Origin: the human T2T-CHM13v2.0 reference genome, Homo sapiens
Length of the DNA: 64,000 nucleotides
Strand: one strand, 5' to 3'
Assembly: GCF_009914755.1 (NCBI RefSeq)
Contig: NC_060929.1
The notes beneath the pieces were generated by a model that worked only from the letters and a program-made list of their open reading frames with translations, was not told the origin of the DNA and searched no databases. The position numbers were made by a program, and so were the translations under genes. Shown piece by piece: positions 23,801 through 39,300 of this stretch. Numbering within the stretch: the stretch's first letter is position 1; each line of letters opens with the position of its first letter.

Positions 23801-26800
23801 CTTTGAGGCCAAAGGCAGAAAAGGAAATATCTTCGTATAAAAACAAGACAGAATCATTCTCAGAAACTGCTCTGCGATGTGTGCGTTCAACTCTCAGAGT
23901 TTAACTTTTCTTTTCATTCAGCAGTTTGGAAACACTCTGTTTGTAAAGTCTGCACGTGGATAATTTGACCACTTAGAGGCCTTCGTTGGAAACGGGTTTT
24001 TTTCATGTAAGGCTAGACAGAAGAATTCTCAGTAACTTCCTTGTGTTGTGTGTATTCAACTCACAGAGTTGAACGATCCTTTACACAGAGCAGACTTGTA
24101 ACACTCTTTTTGTGGAATTTGCAAGTGGAGATTTCAGCCGCTTTGAAGTCAAAGGTAGAAAAGGAAATATCTTCCTATAAAAACTAGACAGAATGATTCT
24201 CAGAAACTCCTTTGTGATGTGTGCATTCAACTCACAGAGTTTAACCTTGCTTTTCATAGAGCAGTTAGGAAACACTCTGCTTGTAAAGTCTGCAAGTGGA
24301 TATTCAGCCCTGTTTGAGGCCTTCGTTGGAAACGGGTTTTTTTCATATAAGGCTAGACAGAAGAATTCCCAGTAACTTCCTTGTGTTGTGTGTGTTCAAC
24401 TCACAGAGTTGAACTTTCATTTACACAGAGCAGATTTGAAACACTCTTTTTGTGGAATTTGCAAGTGGAGATTTCAAGCGCTTTGAGGCCAAAGGCAGAA
24501 AAGGAAATATCTTCTTATAAAAACTAGACAGAATCATTCTCAGAAACTGCTCTGCGATGTGTGCGTTCAACTCTCAGAGTTTAACTTTTCTTTTCATTCA
24601 GCAGTTTGGAAACACTCTGTTTGTAAAGTCTGCACGTGGATATTTTGACCACTTAGAGGCCTTCGTTGAAAACGGGTTTTTTTCCTGTAAGGCTAGACAG
24701 AAGAATTCCCAGTAACTTCCTTGTGTTGTGTACATTCAACTCACAGAGTTGAACGTTCCCTTAGACAGAGCAGATTTGAAACACTCTTTTTGTGCAATTG
24801 ACAAGTGGAGATTTCAAGCGCTTTAAGGTCAATGGCAGAAAAGGAAATATCTTCGTTTCAAAACTAGGCAGAATCATTCCCACAAACTGCGTTGTGATGT
24901 GTTCGTTCATCTCACAGAGTTTAACCTTTCTTTTCATAGAGCAGTTAGGAAACACTCTGTTTGTAAATTCTGTAAGTGGATATTCTGACATCTTGTGGCC
25001 TTCGTTGGAAACGGGATTTCTTCATATTCTGCTAGACAGAAGAATTCTCAGAATCTTCCTTGTGTTGTGTGTATTCAACTCACACAGTTGAACGATGGTT
25101 TACACAGAGCAGATTTGAAACACTCTTTTTGTGGAATTTGCAAGTGGAGATTTCAGCCGCTTTGAGGTCAATGGTAGAAAAGGAAATATCTTCGTATAAA
25201 AACTAGACAGAATGATTCTCAGAAACTTCTTTGTGATGTGTGCGTTCAACTCACAGAGTTTAACCTTTCTTTTCATAGAGCAGTTAGGAAACACTCTGTT
25301 TGTAAACTCTGCAAGTGGATATTCAGACCTCTTCGAGGCCTTCGTTGGAAACGGGATTTCTTCATACTGTGCTAGACAGAAGAATTCTCAGTAACTTCCT
25401 TGTGTTGTGTGTATTCAACTCACAGAGTTGACCGATCCTTTACACAGAGCAGACTTGGAACACTCTTTTTGTGGAATTTGCAAGTGGAGATTTCAGCCGC
25501 GTTGAGGTCAATGGTAGAAAAGGAAATATCTTCGTATAAAAACTAGACAGAATGATTCTCAGAAACTCCTTTGAGATGTGTGTGTTCAACTCACAGAGTT
25601 TAACCTTTCTTTTCATAGAGCAGTTAGGAATCACTCTGTTTGTAAAGTCTGCAAGTGGATATTCAGACCTCTTTGAGGCCTTCGTTGGAAACGGGTTTTT
25701 TTCATATAAGGCTAGACAGAAGAATTCCCAGTAACTTCCTTGTGTTGTGTGTGTTCAACTCACAGAGTTGAACTTTCATTTACACAGAGCAGATTTGAAA
25801 CACTCTTTTTGTGGAATTTGCAAGTGGAGATTTCAAGCGCTTTGAGGCCAAAGGCAGAAAAGGAAATATCTTCGTATAAAAACTAGACAGAATCATTCTC
25901 AGAAACTGCTCTGTGATGTGTGCGTTCAACTCTCAGAGTTTAACTTTTCTTTTCATTCAGCAGTTTGGAAACACTCTGTTTGTAAAGTCTGCACGTGGAT
26001 AATTTGACCACTTAGAGGCCTTCGTTGGAAACGGGTTTTTTTCATGTAAGGCTAGACAGAAGAGTTCTCAGTAACTTCCTTGTGTTGTGTGTATTCAACT
26101 CACACAGTTGAACGATCCTTTACAGAGAGCAGACTTGTAACACTCTTTTTGTGGAATTTGCAAGTGGAGATTTCAGCCGCTTTGAAGTCAAAGTAGAAAA
26201 GGAAATATCTTCCTATAAAAACTAGACAGAATGATTCTCAGAAACTCCTTTGTGATGTGTGCGTTCAACTCACAGAGTTTAACCTTTCTTTTCATAGAGC
26301 AGTTAGGAAACACTCTGTTTGTAAAGTCTGCAAGTGGATATTCAGACCTCTTTGAGGCCTTCGTTGGAAACGGGTTTTTTTCATATAAGGCTAGACAGAA
26401 GAATTCCCAGTAACTTCCTTGTGTTGTGTGTGTTCAACTCACAGAGTTGAACTTTCATTTACACAGAGCAGATTTGAAACACTCTTTTTGTGGAATTTGC
26501 AGGTGGAGATTTCAAGCGCTTTGAGGCCAAAGGCAGAAAAGGAAATATCTTCGTATAAAAACTAGACAGAATCATTCTCAGAAACTGCTCTGCGATGTGT
26601 GCGTTCAACTCTCAGAGTTTAACTTTTCTTTTCATTCAGCAGTTTGGAAACACTCTGTTTGTAAAGTCTGCACGTGGATAATTTGACCACTTAGAGGCCT
26701 TCGTTGGAAACGGGTTTTTTTCATGTAAGGCTAGACAGAAGAATTCTCAGTAACTTCCTTGTGTTGTGTGTATTCAACTCACAGAGTTGAACGATCCTTT

Positions 26801-29800
26801 ACACAGAGCAGACTTGTAACACTCTTTTTGTGGAATTTGCAAGTGGAGATTTCAGCCGCTTTGAAGTCAAAGGTAGAAAAGGAAATATCTTCCTATAAAA
26901 ACTAGACAGAATGATTCTCAGAAACTCCTTTGTGATGTGTGCGTTCAACTCACAGAGTTTAACCTTTCTTTTCATAGAGCAGTTAGGAAACACTCTGTTT
27001 GTAAAGTCTGCAAGTGGATATTCAGCCCTCTTTGAGGCCTTCGTTGGAAACGGGTTTTTTTCATATAAGGCTAGACAGAAGAATTCCCAGTAACTTCCTT
27101 GTGTTGTGTGTGTTTAACTCACAGAGTTGAACTTTGATTTACACAGAGCAGATTTGAAACACTCTTTTTGTGGAATTTGCAAGTGGAGATTTCAAGCGCT
27201 TTGAGGCCAAAGGCAGAAAAGGAAATATCTTCGTATAAAAACTAGACAGAATCATTCTCAGAAACTGCTCTGCGATGTGTGCGTTCAACTCTCAGAGTTT
27301 AACTTTTCTTTTCATTCAGCAGTTTGGAAACACTCTGTTTGTAAAGTCTGCACGTGGATATTTTGACCACTTAGAGGCCTTCGTTGGAAACGGGTTTTTT
27401 TCCTGTAAGGCTAGACAGAAGAATTCCCAGTAACTTCCTTGTGTTGTGTACATTCAACTCACAGAGTTGAACGTTCCCTTAGACAGAGCAGATTTGAAAC
27501 ACTCTTTTTGTGCAATTGGCAAGTGGAGATTTCAAGCGCTTTAAGGTCAATGGCAGAAAAGGAAATATCTTCGTTTCAAAACTAGGCAGAATCATTCCCA
27601 CAAACTGCGTTGTGATGTGTTCGTTCATCTCACAGAGTTTAACCTTTCTTTTCATAGAGCAGTTAGGAAACAGTCTGTTTGTAAATTCTGTAAGTGGATA
27701 TTCTGACATCTTGTGGCCTTCGTTGGAAACGGGATTTCTTCATATTCTGCTAGACAGAAGAATTCTCAGAATCTTCCTTGTGTTGTGTGTATTCAACTCA
27801 CACAGTTGAACGATGGTTTACACAGAGCAGATTTGAAACACTCTTTTTGTGGAATTTGCAAGTGGAGATTTCAGCCGCTTTGAGGTCAATGGTAGAAAAG
27901 GAAATATCTTCGTATAAAAACTAGACAGAATGATTCTCAGAAACTTCTTTGTGATGTGTGCGTTCAACTCACAGAGTTTAACCTTTCTTTTCATAGAGCA
28001 GTTAGGAAACACTCTGTTTGTAAACTCTGCAAGTGGATATTCAGACCTCTTCGAGGCCTTCGTTGGAAACGGGATTTCTTCATACTGTGCTAGACAGAAG
28101 AATTCTCCGTAACTTCCTTGTGTTGTGTGTATTCAACTCACAGAGTTGAACGATCCTTTACACAGAGCAGACTTGGAACACTCTTTTTGTGGAATTTGCA
28201 AGTGGAGATTTCAGCCGCGTTGAGGTCAATGGTAGAAAAGGAAATATCTTCGTATAAAAACTAGACAGAATGATTCTCAGAAACTCCTTTGAGATGTGTG
28301 TGTTCAACTCACAGAGTTTAACCTTTCTTTTCATAGAGCAGTTAGGAATCACTCTGTTTGTAAAGTCTGCAAGTGGATATTCAGACCTCTTTGAGGCCTT
28401 CGTTGGAAACGGGTTTTTTTCATATAAGGCTAGACAGAAGAATTCCCAGTAACTTCCTTGTGTTGTGTGTGTTCAACTCACAGAGTTGAACTTTCATTTA
28501 CACAGAGCAGATTTGAAACACTCTTTTTGTGGAATTTGCAAATGGAGATTTCAAGCGCTTTGAGGCCAAAGGCAGAAAGGGAAATATCTTCGTATAAAAA
28601 CTAGACAGAATCATTCTCAGAAACTGCTCTGCGATGTGTGCGTTCAACTCTCAGAGTTTAACTTTGCTTTTCATTCAGCAGTTTGGAAACACTCTGTTTG
28701 TAAAGTCTGCACGTCGATAATTTGACCACTTAGAGGCCTTCGTTGGAAACGGGTTTTTTTCATGTAAGGCTAGACAGAAGAATTCTCAGTAACTTCCTTG
28801 TGTTGTGTGTATTCAACTCACAGAGTTGAACGATCCTTTACACAGAGCAGACTTGTAACACTCTTTTTGTGGAATTTGCAAGTGGAGATTTCAGCCGCTT
28901 TGAAGTCAAATGTAGAAAAGGAAATATCTTCCTATAAAAACTAGACAGAATGATTCTCAGAAACTCCTTTGTGATGTGTGCGTTCAACTCACAGAGTTTA
29001 ACCTTTCTTTTCATAGAGCAGTTAGGAAACACTCTGTTTGTAAAGTCTGCAAGTGGATATTCAGACCTCTTTGAGGCCTTCGTTGGAAACGGGTTTTTTT
29101 CATATAAGGCTAGACAGAAGAATTCCCAGTAACTTCCTTGTGTTGTGTGTGTTCAACTCACAGAGTTGAACTTTCATTTACACAGAGCAGATTTGAAACA
29201 CTCTTTTTGTGGAATTTGCAAGTGGAGATTTCAAGCGCTTTGAGGACAAAGGCAGAAAAGGAAATATCTTCGTATAAAAACTAGACAGAATCATTCTCAG
29301 AAACTGCTCTGTGATGTGTGCGTTCAACTCTCAGAGTTTAACTTTTCTTTTCATTCAGCAGTTTGGAAACACTCTGTTTCTAAAGTCTGCACGTGGATAA
29401 TTTGACCACTTAGAGGCCTTCGTTGGAAACGGGTTTTTTTCATGTAAGGCTAGACAGAAGAGTTCTCAGTAACTTCCTTGTGTTGTGTGTATTCAACTCA
29501 CACAGTTGAACGATCCTTTACAGAGAGCAGACTTGTAACACTCTTTTTGTGGAATTTGCAAGTGGAGATTTCAGCCGCTTTGAAGTCAAAGTAGAAAAGG
29601 AAATATCTTCCTATAAAAACTAGACAGAATGATTCTCAGAAACTCCTTTGTGATGTGTGCGTTCAACTCACAGAGTTTAACCTTTCTTTTCATAGAGCAG
29701 TTAGGAAACACTCTGTTTGTAAAGTCTGCAAGTGGATATTCAGACCTCTTTGAGGCCTTCGTTGGAAACGGGTTTTTTTCATATAAGGCTAGACAGAAGA

Positions 29801-30818
29801 ATTCCCAGTAACTTCCTTGTGTTGTGTGTGTTCAACTCACAGAGTTGAACTTTCATTTACACAGAGCAGATTTGAAACACTCTTTTTGTGGAATTTGCAG
29901 GTGGAGATTTCAAGCGCTTTGAGGCCAAAGGCAGAAAAGGAAATATCTTCGTATAAAAACTAGACAGAATCATTCTCAGAAACTGCTCTGCGATGTGTGC
30001 GTTCAACTCTCAGAGTTTAACTTTTCTTTTCATTCAGCAGTTTGGAAACACTCTGTTTGTAAAGTCTGCACGTGGATAATTTGACCACTTAGAGGCCTTC
30101 GTTGGAAACGGGTTTTTTTCATGTAAGGCTAGACAGAAGAATTCTCAGTAACTTCCTTGTGTTGTGTGTATTCAACTCACAGAGTTGAACGATCCTTTAC
30201 ACAGAGCAGACTTGTAACACTCTTTTTGTGGAATTTGCAAGTGGAGATTTCAGCCGCTTTGAAGTCAAAGGTAGAAAAGGAAATATCTTCCTATAAAAAC
30301 TAGACAGAATGATTCTCAGAAACTCCTTTGTGATGTGTGCGTTCAACTCACAGAGTTTAACCTTTCTTTTCATAGAGCAGTTAGGAAACACTCTGCTTGT
30401 AAAGTCTGCAAGTGGATATTCAGCCCTCTTTGAGGCCTTCGTTGGAAACGGGTTTTTTTCATATAAGGCTAGACAGAAGAATTCCCAGTAACTTCCTTGT
30501 GTTGTGTGTGTTCAACTCACAGAGTTGAACTTTGATTTACACAGAGCAGATTTGAAACACTCTTTTTGTGGAATTTGCAAGTGGAGATTTCAAGCGCTTT
30601 GAGGCCAAAGGCAGAAAAGGAAATATCTTCGTATAAAAACTAGACAGAATCATTCTCAGAAACTGCTCTGCGATGTGTGCGTTCAACTCTCAGAGTTTAA
30701 CTTTTCTTTTCATTCAGCAGTTTGGAAACACTCTGTTTGTAAAGTCTGCACGTGGATATTTTGACCACTTAGAGGCCTTCGTTGGAAACGGGTTTTTTTC
30801 CTGTAAGGCTAGACAGAA

Positions 30819-32176
30819 GAATTCCCAGTAACTTCCTTGTGTTGTGTACATTCAACTCACAGAGTTGAACGTTCCCTTAGACAGAGCAGATTTGAAACAC
30901 TCTTTTTGTGCAATTGGCAAGTGGAGATTTCAAGCGCTTTGAGGTCAATGGCAGAAAAGGAAATATCTTCGTTTCAAAACTAGACAGAATCATTCCCACA
31001 AACTGCGTTGTGATGTGTTCGTTCAACTCACAGAGTTTAACCTTTCTTTTCATAGAGCAGTTAGGAAACAGTCTGTTTGAAAATTCTGTAAGTGGATATT
31101 CTGACATCTTGTGGCCTTCGTTGGAAACGGGATTTCTTCATATTCTGCTAGACAGAAGAATTCTCAGAATCTTCCTTGTGTTGTGTGTATTCAACTCACA
31201 GAGTTGAACGATGGTTTACACAGAGCAGATTTGAAACACTCATTTGGTGGAATTTGCAAGTGGAGATTTCAGCCGCTTTGAGGTCAATGGTAGAAAAGGA
31301 AATATCTTCGTATAACAACTAGACAGAATGATTCTCAGAAACTTCTTTGTGATGTGTGTGTTCAACTCACAGAGTTTAACCTTTCTTTTCATAGAGCAGT
31401 TAGGAAACACTGTGTTTTTAAACTCTGCAAGTGGACATTCAGAGCTCTTTGAGGCCTTCGTTGGAAACGGGTTTCTTCATACTGTGCTAGACAGAAGAAT
31501 TCTCAGTAACTTCCTTGTGTTGTGTGTATTCAACTCACAGAGTTGAACGATCCTTTACACAGAGCAGACTTGAAACACTCTTTTTGTGGAATTTGCAAGT
31601 GGAGATTTCAGCCGCGTTGAGGTCAATGTTAGAAAAGGAAATATCTTCGTATAAAAACTAGACAGAATGATTCTCAGAAACTCCTTTGTGATGTGTGTGT
31701 TCAACTCACAGAGTTTAACATTTCTTTTCATAGAGCAGTTAGGAAACACTCTGTTTGTAAAGTCTGCAAGTGGATATTCAGACCTCTTTGAGGCCTTCGT
31801 TGGAAACGGGTTTTTTTCATATAAGGCTAGACAGAAGAATTCCCAGTAACTTCCTTGTGTTGTGTGTGTTCAACTCACAGAGTTGAACTTTCATTTACAC
31901 AGAGCAGATTTGAAACACTCTTTTTGTGGAATTTGCAAATGGAGATTTCAAGCGCTTTGAGGCCAAAGGCAGAAAAGGAAATATCTTCGTATAAAAACTA
32001 GACAGAATCATTCTCAGAAACTGCTCTGCGATGTGTGCGTTCAACTCTCAGAGTTTAACTTTTCTTTTCATTCAGCAGTTTGGAAACACTCTGTTTGTAA
32101 AGTCTGCACGTGCATAATTTGACCACTTAGAGGCCTTCGTTGGAAACGGGTTTTTTTCCTGTAAGGCTAGACAGAA
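30819..32176 (+). repeat. Shortest HOR variant, 8-mer (1358 bp): aA bB cC dD
   Basis: Markers 30908 and 32266 are 1358 bp apart. Other 8-mers start at markers 13582, 14939 and 51292. Confidence 0.9.
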
Positions 32177-33318
32177 GAATTCCCAGTAACTTCCTTGTGT
32201 TGTGTACATTCAACTCACAGAGTTGAACGTTCCCTTAGACAGAGCAGATTTGAAACACTCTTTTTGTGCAATTGGCAAGTGGAGATTTCAAGCGCTTTGA
32301 GGTCAATGGCAGAAAAGGAAATATCTTCGTTTCAAAACTAGACAGAATCATTCCCACAAACTGCGTTGTGATGTGTTCGTTCAACTCACAGAGTTTAACC
32401 TTTCTTTTCATAGAGCAGTTAGGAAACAGTCTGTTTGAAAATTCTGTAAGTGGATATTCTGACATCTTGTGGCCTTCGTTGGAAACGGGATTTCTTCATA
32501 TTCTGCTAGACAGAAGAATTCTCAGAATCTTCCTTGTGTTGTGTGTATTCAACTCACAGAGTTGAACGATGGTTTACACAGAGCAGATTTGAAACACTCA
32601 TTTGGTGGAATTTGCAAGTGGAGATTTCAGCCGCTTTGAGGTCAATGGTAGAAAAGGAAATATCTTCGTATAACAACTAGACAGAATGATTCTCAGAAAC
32701 TTCTTTGTGATGTGTGTGTTCAACTCACAGAGTTTAACCTTTCTTTTCATAGAGCAGTTAGGAAACACTGTGTTTTTAAACTCTGCAAGTGGATATTCAG
32801 ACCTCTTTGAGGCCTTCGTTGGAAACGGGTTTCTTCATACTGTGCTAGACAGAAGAATTCTCAGTAACTTCCTTGTGTTGTGTGTATTCAACTCACAGAG
32901 TTGAACGATCCTTTACACAGAGCAGACTTGAAACACTCTTTTTGTGGAATTTGCAAGTGGAGATTTCAGCCGCGTTGAGGTCAATGGTAGAAAAGGAAAT
33001 ATCTTCGTATAAAAACTAGACAGAATGATTCTCAGAAACTCCTTTGTGATGTGTGTGTTCAACTCACAGAGTTTAACATTTCTTTTCATAGAGCAGTTAG
33101 GAAACACTCTGTTTGTAAAGTCTGCAAGTGGATATTCAGACCTCTTTGAGGCCTTCGTTGGAAACGGGTTTTTTTCATATAAGGCTAGACAGAAGAATTC
33201 CCAGTAACTTCCTTGTGTTGTGTGTGTTCAACTCACAGAGTTGAACTTTCATTTACACAGAGCAGATTTGAAACACTCTTTTTGTGGAATTTGCAAATGG
33301 AGATTTCAAGCGCTTTGC

Positions 33319-36300
33319 GGCCAAAGGCAGAAAAGGAAATATCTTCGTATAAAAACTAGACAGAATCATTCTCAGAAACTGCTCTGCGATGTGTGCGTTC
33401 AACTCTCAGAGTTTAACTTTTCTTTTCATTCAGCAGTTTGGAAACACTCTGTTTGTAAAGTCTGCACGTGGATAATTTGACCACTTAGAGGCCTTCGTTG
33501 GAAACGGGTTTTTTTCATGTAAGGCTAGACAGAAGAATTCTCAGTAACTTCCTTGTGTTGTGTGTATTCAACTCACAGAGTTGAACGATCCTTTACACAG
33601 AGCAGACTTGTAACACTCTTTTTGTGGAATTTGCAAGTGGAGATTTCAGCCGCTTTGAAGTCAAAGGTAGAAAAGGAAATATCTTCCTATAAAAACTAGA
33701 CAGAATGATTCTCAGAAACTCCTTTGTGATGTGTACGTTCAACTCACAGAGTTTAACCTTTCTTTTCATAGAGTAGTTAGGAAACACTCTGTTTGTAAAG
33801 TCTGCAAGTGGATATTGAGACCTCTTTGAGGCCTTCGTTGGAAACGGGTTTTTTTCATATAAGGCTAGACAGAAGGATTCCCAGTAACTTCCTTGTGTTG
33901 TGTGTGTTCAACTCACACAGTTGAACTTTCATTTACAAAGAGCAGATTTGAAACACTCTTTTTGTGGAATTTGCAAGTGGAGATTTCAAGCGCTTTGAGG
34001 CCAAAGGCAGAAAAGGAAATATCTTCGTATAAAAACTAGACAGAATCATTCTCAGAAACTGCTCTGCGATGTGTGCGTTCAACTCTCAGAGTTTAACTTT
34101 TCTTTTCATTCAGCAGTTTGGAAACACTCTGTTTGTAACGTCTGCACGTGAATAATTTGACCACTTAGAGGCCTTCGTTGGAAACGGGTTTCTTTCATGT
34201 AAGGCTAGACAGAAGAATTCTCAGTAACTTCCTTGTGTTGTGTGTATTCAACTCACAGAGTTGAACGATCCTTTACACAGAGCAGACTTGTAACACTCTT
34301 TTTGTGGAATTTGCAAGTGGAGATTTCAGCCGCTTTGAAGTCAAAGGTAGAAAAGGAAATATCTTCCTATAAAAACTAGACAGAATGATTCTCAGAAACT
34401 CCTTTGTGATGTGTGCGTTCAACTCACAGAGTTTAACCTTTCTTTTCATAGAGCAGTTAGGAAACACTCTGCTTGTAAAGTCTGCAAGTGGATATTCAGC
34501 CCTCTTTGAGGCCTTCGTTGGAAACGGGTTTTTTTCATATAAGGCTAGACAGAAGAATTCCCAGTAACTTCCTTGTGTTGTGTGTGTTCAACTCACAGAG
34601 TTGAACTTTCATTTACACAGAGCAGATTTGAAACACTCTTTTTGTGGAATTTGCAAGTGGAGATTTCAAGCGCTTTGAGGCCAAAGGCAGAAAAGGAAAT
34701 ATCTTCGTATAAAAACTAGACAGAATCATTCTCAGAAACTGCTCTGCGATGTGTGCGTTCAACTCTCAGAGTTTAACTTTTCTTTTCATTCAGCAGTTTG
34801 GAAACACTCTGTTTGTAAAGTCTGCACGTGGATATTTTGACCACTTAGAGGCCTTCGTTGGAAACGGGTTTTTTTCCTGTAAGGCTAGACAGAAGAATTC
34901 CCAGTAACTTCCTTGTGTTGTGTACATTCAACTCACAGAGTTGAACGTTCCCTTAGACAGAGCAGATTTGAAACACTCTTTTTGTGCAATTGGCAAGTGG
35001 AGATTTCAAGCGCTTTGAGGTCAATGGCAGAAAAGGAAATATCTTCGTTTCAAAACTAGACAGAATCATTCCCACAAACTGCGTTGTGATGTGTTCGTTC
35101 AACTCACAGAGTTTAACCTTTCTTTTCATAGAGCAGTTAGGAAACAGTCTGTTTGAAAATTCTGTAAGTGGATATTCTGACATCTTGTGGCCTTCGTTGG
35201 AAACGGGATTTCTTCATATTCTGCTAGACAGAAGAATTCTCAGAATCTTCCTTGTGTTGTGTGTATTCAACTCACAGAGTTGAACGATGGTTTACACAGA
35301 GCAGATTTGAAACACTCATTTGGTGGAATTTGCAAGTGGAGATTTCAGCCGCTTTGAGGTCAATGGTAGAAAAGGAAATATCTTCGTATAACAACTAGAC
35401 AGAATGATTCTCAGAAACTTCTTTGTGATGTGTGTGTTCAACTCACAGAGTTTAACCTTTCTTTTCATAGAGCTGTTAGGAAACACTGTGTTTTTAAACT
35501 CTGCAAGTGGATATTCAGACCTCTTTGAGGCCTTCGTTGGAAACGGGTTTCTTCATACTGTGCTAGACAGAAGAATTCTCAGTAACTTCCTTGTGTTGTG
35601 TGTATTCAACTCACAGAGTTGAACGATCCTTTACACAGAGCAGACTTGAAACACTCTTTTTGTGGAATTTGCAAGTGGAGATTTCAGCCGCGTTGAGGTC
35701 AATGGTAGAAAAGGAAATATCTTCGTATAAAAACTAGACAGAATGATTCTCAGAAACTCCTTTGTGATGTGTGTGTTCAACTCACAGAGTTTAACATTTC
35801 TTTTCATAGAGCAGTTAGGAAACACTCTGTTTGTAAAGTCTGCAAGTGGATATTCAGACCTCTTTGAGGCCTTCGTTGGAAACGGGTTTTTTTCATATAA
35901 GGCTAGACAGAAGAATTCCCAGTAACTTCCTTGTGTTGTGTGTGTTCAACTCACAGAGTTGAACTTTCATTTACACAGAGCAGATTTGAAACACTCTTTT
36001 TGTGGAATTTGCAAATGGAGATTTCAAGCGCTTTGAGGCCAAAGGCAGAAAAGGAAATATCTTCGTATAAAAACTAGACAGAATGATTCTCAGAAACTGC
36101 TCTGCGATGTGTGCGTTCAACTCTCAGAGTTTAACTTTTCTTTTCATTCAGCAGTTTGGAAACACTCTGTTTGTAAAGTCTGCACGTGGATAATTTGACC
36201 ACTTAGAGGCCTTCGTTGGAAACGGGTTTTTTTCATGTAAGGCTAGACAGAAGAATTCTCAGTAACTTCCTTGTGTTGTGTGTATTCAACTCACAGAGTT

Positions 36301-39300
36301 GAACGATCCTTTACACAGAGCAGACTTGTAACACTCTTTTTGTGGAATTTGCAAGTGGAGATTTCAGCCGCTTTGAAGTCAAAGGTAGAAAAGGAAATAT
36401 CTTCCTATAAAAACTAGACAGAATGATTCTCAGAAACTCCTTTGTGATGTGTACGTTCAACTCACAGAGTTTAACCTTTCTTTTCATAGAGCAGTTAGGA
36501 AACACTCTGTTTGTAAAGTCTGCAAGTGGATATTCAGACCCCTTTGAGGCCTTCGTTGGAAACGGGTTTTTTTCATATAAGGCTAGACAGAAGGATTCCC
36601 AGTAACTTCCTTGTGTTGTGTGTGTTCAACTCACAGAGTTGAACTTTCTTTTACAAAGAGCAGATTTGAAACACTCTTTTTGCGGAATTTGCAAGTGGAG
36701 ATTTCAAGCGCTTTGAGGCCAAAGGCAGAAAAGGAAATATCTTCGTATAAAAACTAGACAGAATCATTCTCAGAAACTGCTCTGCGATGTGTGCGTTCAA
36801 CTCTCAGAGTTTAACTTTTCTTTTCATTCAGCAGTTTGGAAACACTCTGTTTGTAACGTCTGCACGTGGATAATTTGACCACTTAGAGGCCTTCGTTGGA
36901 AACGGGTTTTTTTCATGTAAGGCTAGACAGAAGAATTCTCAGTAACTTCCTTGTGTTGTGTGTATTCAACTCACAGAGTTGAACGATCCTTTACACAGAG
37001 CAGACTTGTAACACTCTTTTTGTGGAATTTGCAAGTGGAGATTTCAGCCGCTTTGAAGTCAAATGTAGAAAAGGAAATATCTTCCTATAAAAACTAGACA
37101 GAATGATTCTCAGAAACTCCTTTGTGATGTGTGCGTTCAACTCACAGAGTTTAACCTTTCTTTTCATAGAGCAGTTAGGAAACACTCTGTTTGTAAAGTC
37201 TGCAAGTGGATATTCAGACCTCTTTGAGGCCTTCGTTGGAAACGGGTTTTTTTCATATAAGGCTAGACAGAAGAATTCCCAGTAACTTCCTTGTGTTGTG
37301 TGTGTTCAACTCACAGAGTTGAACTTTCATTTACACAGAGCAGATTTGAAACACTCTTTTTGTGGAATTTGCAAGTGGAGATTTCAAGCGCTTTGAGGCC
37401 AAAGGCAGAAAAGGAAATATCTTCGTATAAAAACTAGACAGAATCATTCTCAGAAACTGCTCTGTGATGTGTGCGTTCAACTCTCAGAGTTTAACTTTTC
37501 TTTTCATTCAGCAGTTTGGAAACACTCTGTTTCTAAAGTCTGCACGTGGATAATTTGACCACTTAGAGGCCTTCGTTGGAAACGGGTTTTTTTCATGTAA
37601 GGCTAGACAGAAGAGTTCTCAGTAACTTCCTTGTGTTGTGTGTATTCAACTCACACAGTTGAACGATCCTTTACAGAGAGCAGACTTGTAACACTCTTTT
37701 TGTGGAATTTGCAAGTGGAGATTTCAGCCGCTTTGAAGTCAAAGTAGAAAAGGAAATATCTTCCTATAAAAACTAGACAGAATGATTCTCAGAAACTCCT
37801 TTGTGATGTGTGCGTTCAACTCACAGAGTTTAACCTTTCTTTTCATAGAGCAGTTAGGAAACACTCTGTTTGTAAAGTCTGCAAGTGGATATTCAGACCT
37901 CTTTGAGGCCTTCGTTGGAAAGGGGTTTTTTTCATATAAGGCTAGACAGAAGAATTCCCAGTAACTTCCTTGTGTTGTGTGTGTTCAACTCACAGAGTTG
38001 AACTTTCATTTACACAGAGCAGATTTGAAACACTCTTTTTGTGGAATTTGCAGGTGGAGATTTCAAGCGCTTTGAGGCCAAAGGCAGAAAAGGAAATATC
38101 TTCGTATAAAAACTAGACAGAATCATTCTCAGAAACTGCTCTGCGATGTGTGCGTTCAACTCTCAGAGTTTAACTTTTCTTTTCATTCAGCAGTTTGGAA
38201 ACACTCTGTTTGTAAAGTCTGCACGTGGATAATTTGACCACTTAGAGGCCTTCGTTGGAAACGGGTTTTTTTCATGTAAGGCTAGACAGAAGAATTCTCA
38301 GTAACTTCCTTGTGTTGTGTGTATTCAACTCACAGAGTTGAACGATCCTTTACACAGAGCAGACTTGTAACACTCTTTTTGTGGAATTTGCAAGTGGAGA
38401 TTTCAGCCGCTTTGAAGTCAAAGGTAGAAAAGGAAATATCTTCCTATAAAAACTAGACAGAATGATTCTCAGAAACTCCTTTGTGATGTGTACGTTCAAC
38501 TCACAGAGTTTAACCTTTCTTTTCATAGAGTAGTTAGGAAACACTCTGTTTGTAAAGTCTGCAAGTGGATATTGAGACCTCTTTGAGGCCTTCGTTGGAA
38601 ACGGGTTTTTTTCATATAAGGCTAGACAGAAGGATTCCCAGTAACTTCCTTGTGTTGTGTGTGTTCAACTCACACAGTTGAACTTTCATTTACAAAGAGC
38701 AGATTTGAAACACTCTTTTTGTGGAATTTGCAAGTGGAGATTTCAAGCGCTTTGAGGCCAAAGGCAGAAAAGGAAATATCTTCGTATAAAAACTAGACAG
38801 AATCATTCTCAGAAACTGCTCTGCGATGTGTGCGTTCAACTCTCAGAGTTTAACTTTTCTTTTCATTCAGCAGTTTGGAAACACTCTGTTTGTAACGTCT
38901 GCACGTGAATAATTTGACCACTTAGAGGCCTTCGTTGGAAACGGGTTTCTTTCATGTAAGGCTAGACAGAAGAATTCTCAGTAACTTCCTTGTGTTGTGT
39001 GTATTCAACTCACAGAGTTGAACGATCCTTTACACAGAGCAGACTTGTAACACTCTTTTTGTGGAATTTGCAAGTGGAGATTTCAGCCGCTTTGAAGTCA
39101 AAGGTAGAAAAGGAAATATCTTCCTATAAAAACTAGACAGAATGATTCTCAGAAACTCCTTTGTGATGTGTGCGTTCAACTCACAGAGTTTAACCTTTCT
39201 TTTCATAGAGCAGTTAGGAAACACTCTGCTTGTAAAGTCTGCAAGTGGATATTCAGCCCTCTTTGAGGCCTTCGTTGGAAACGGGTTTTTTTCATATAAG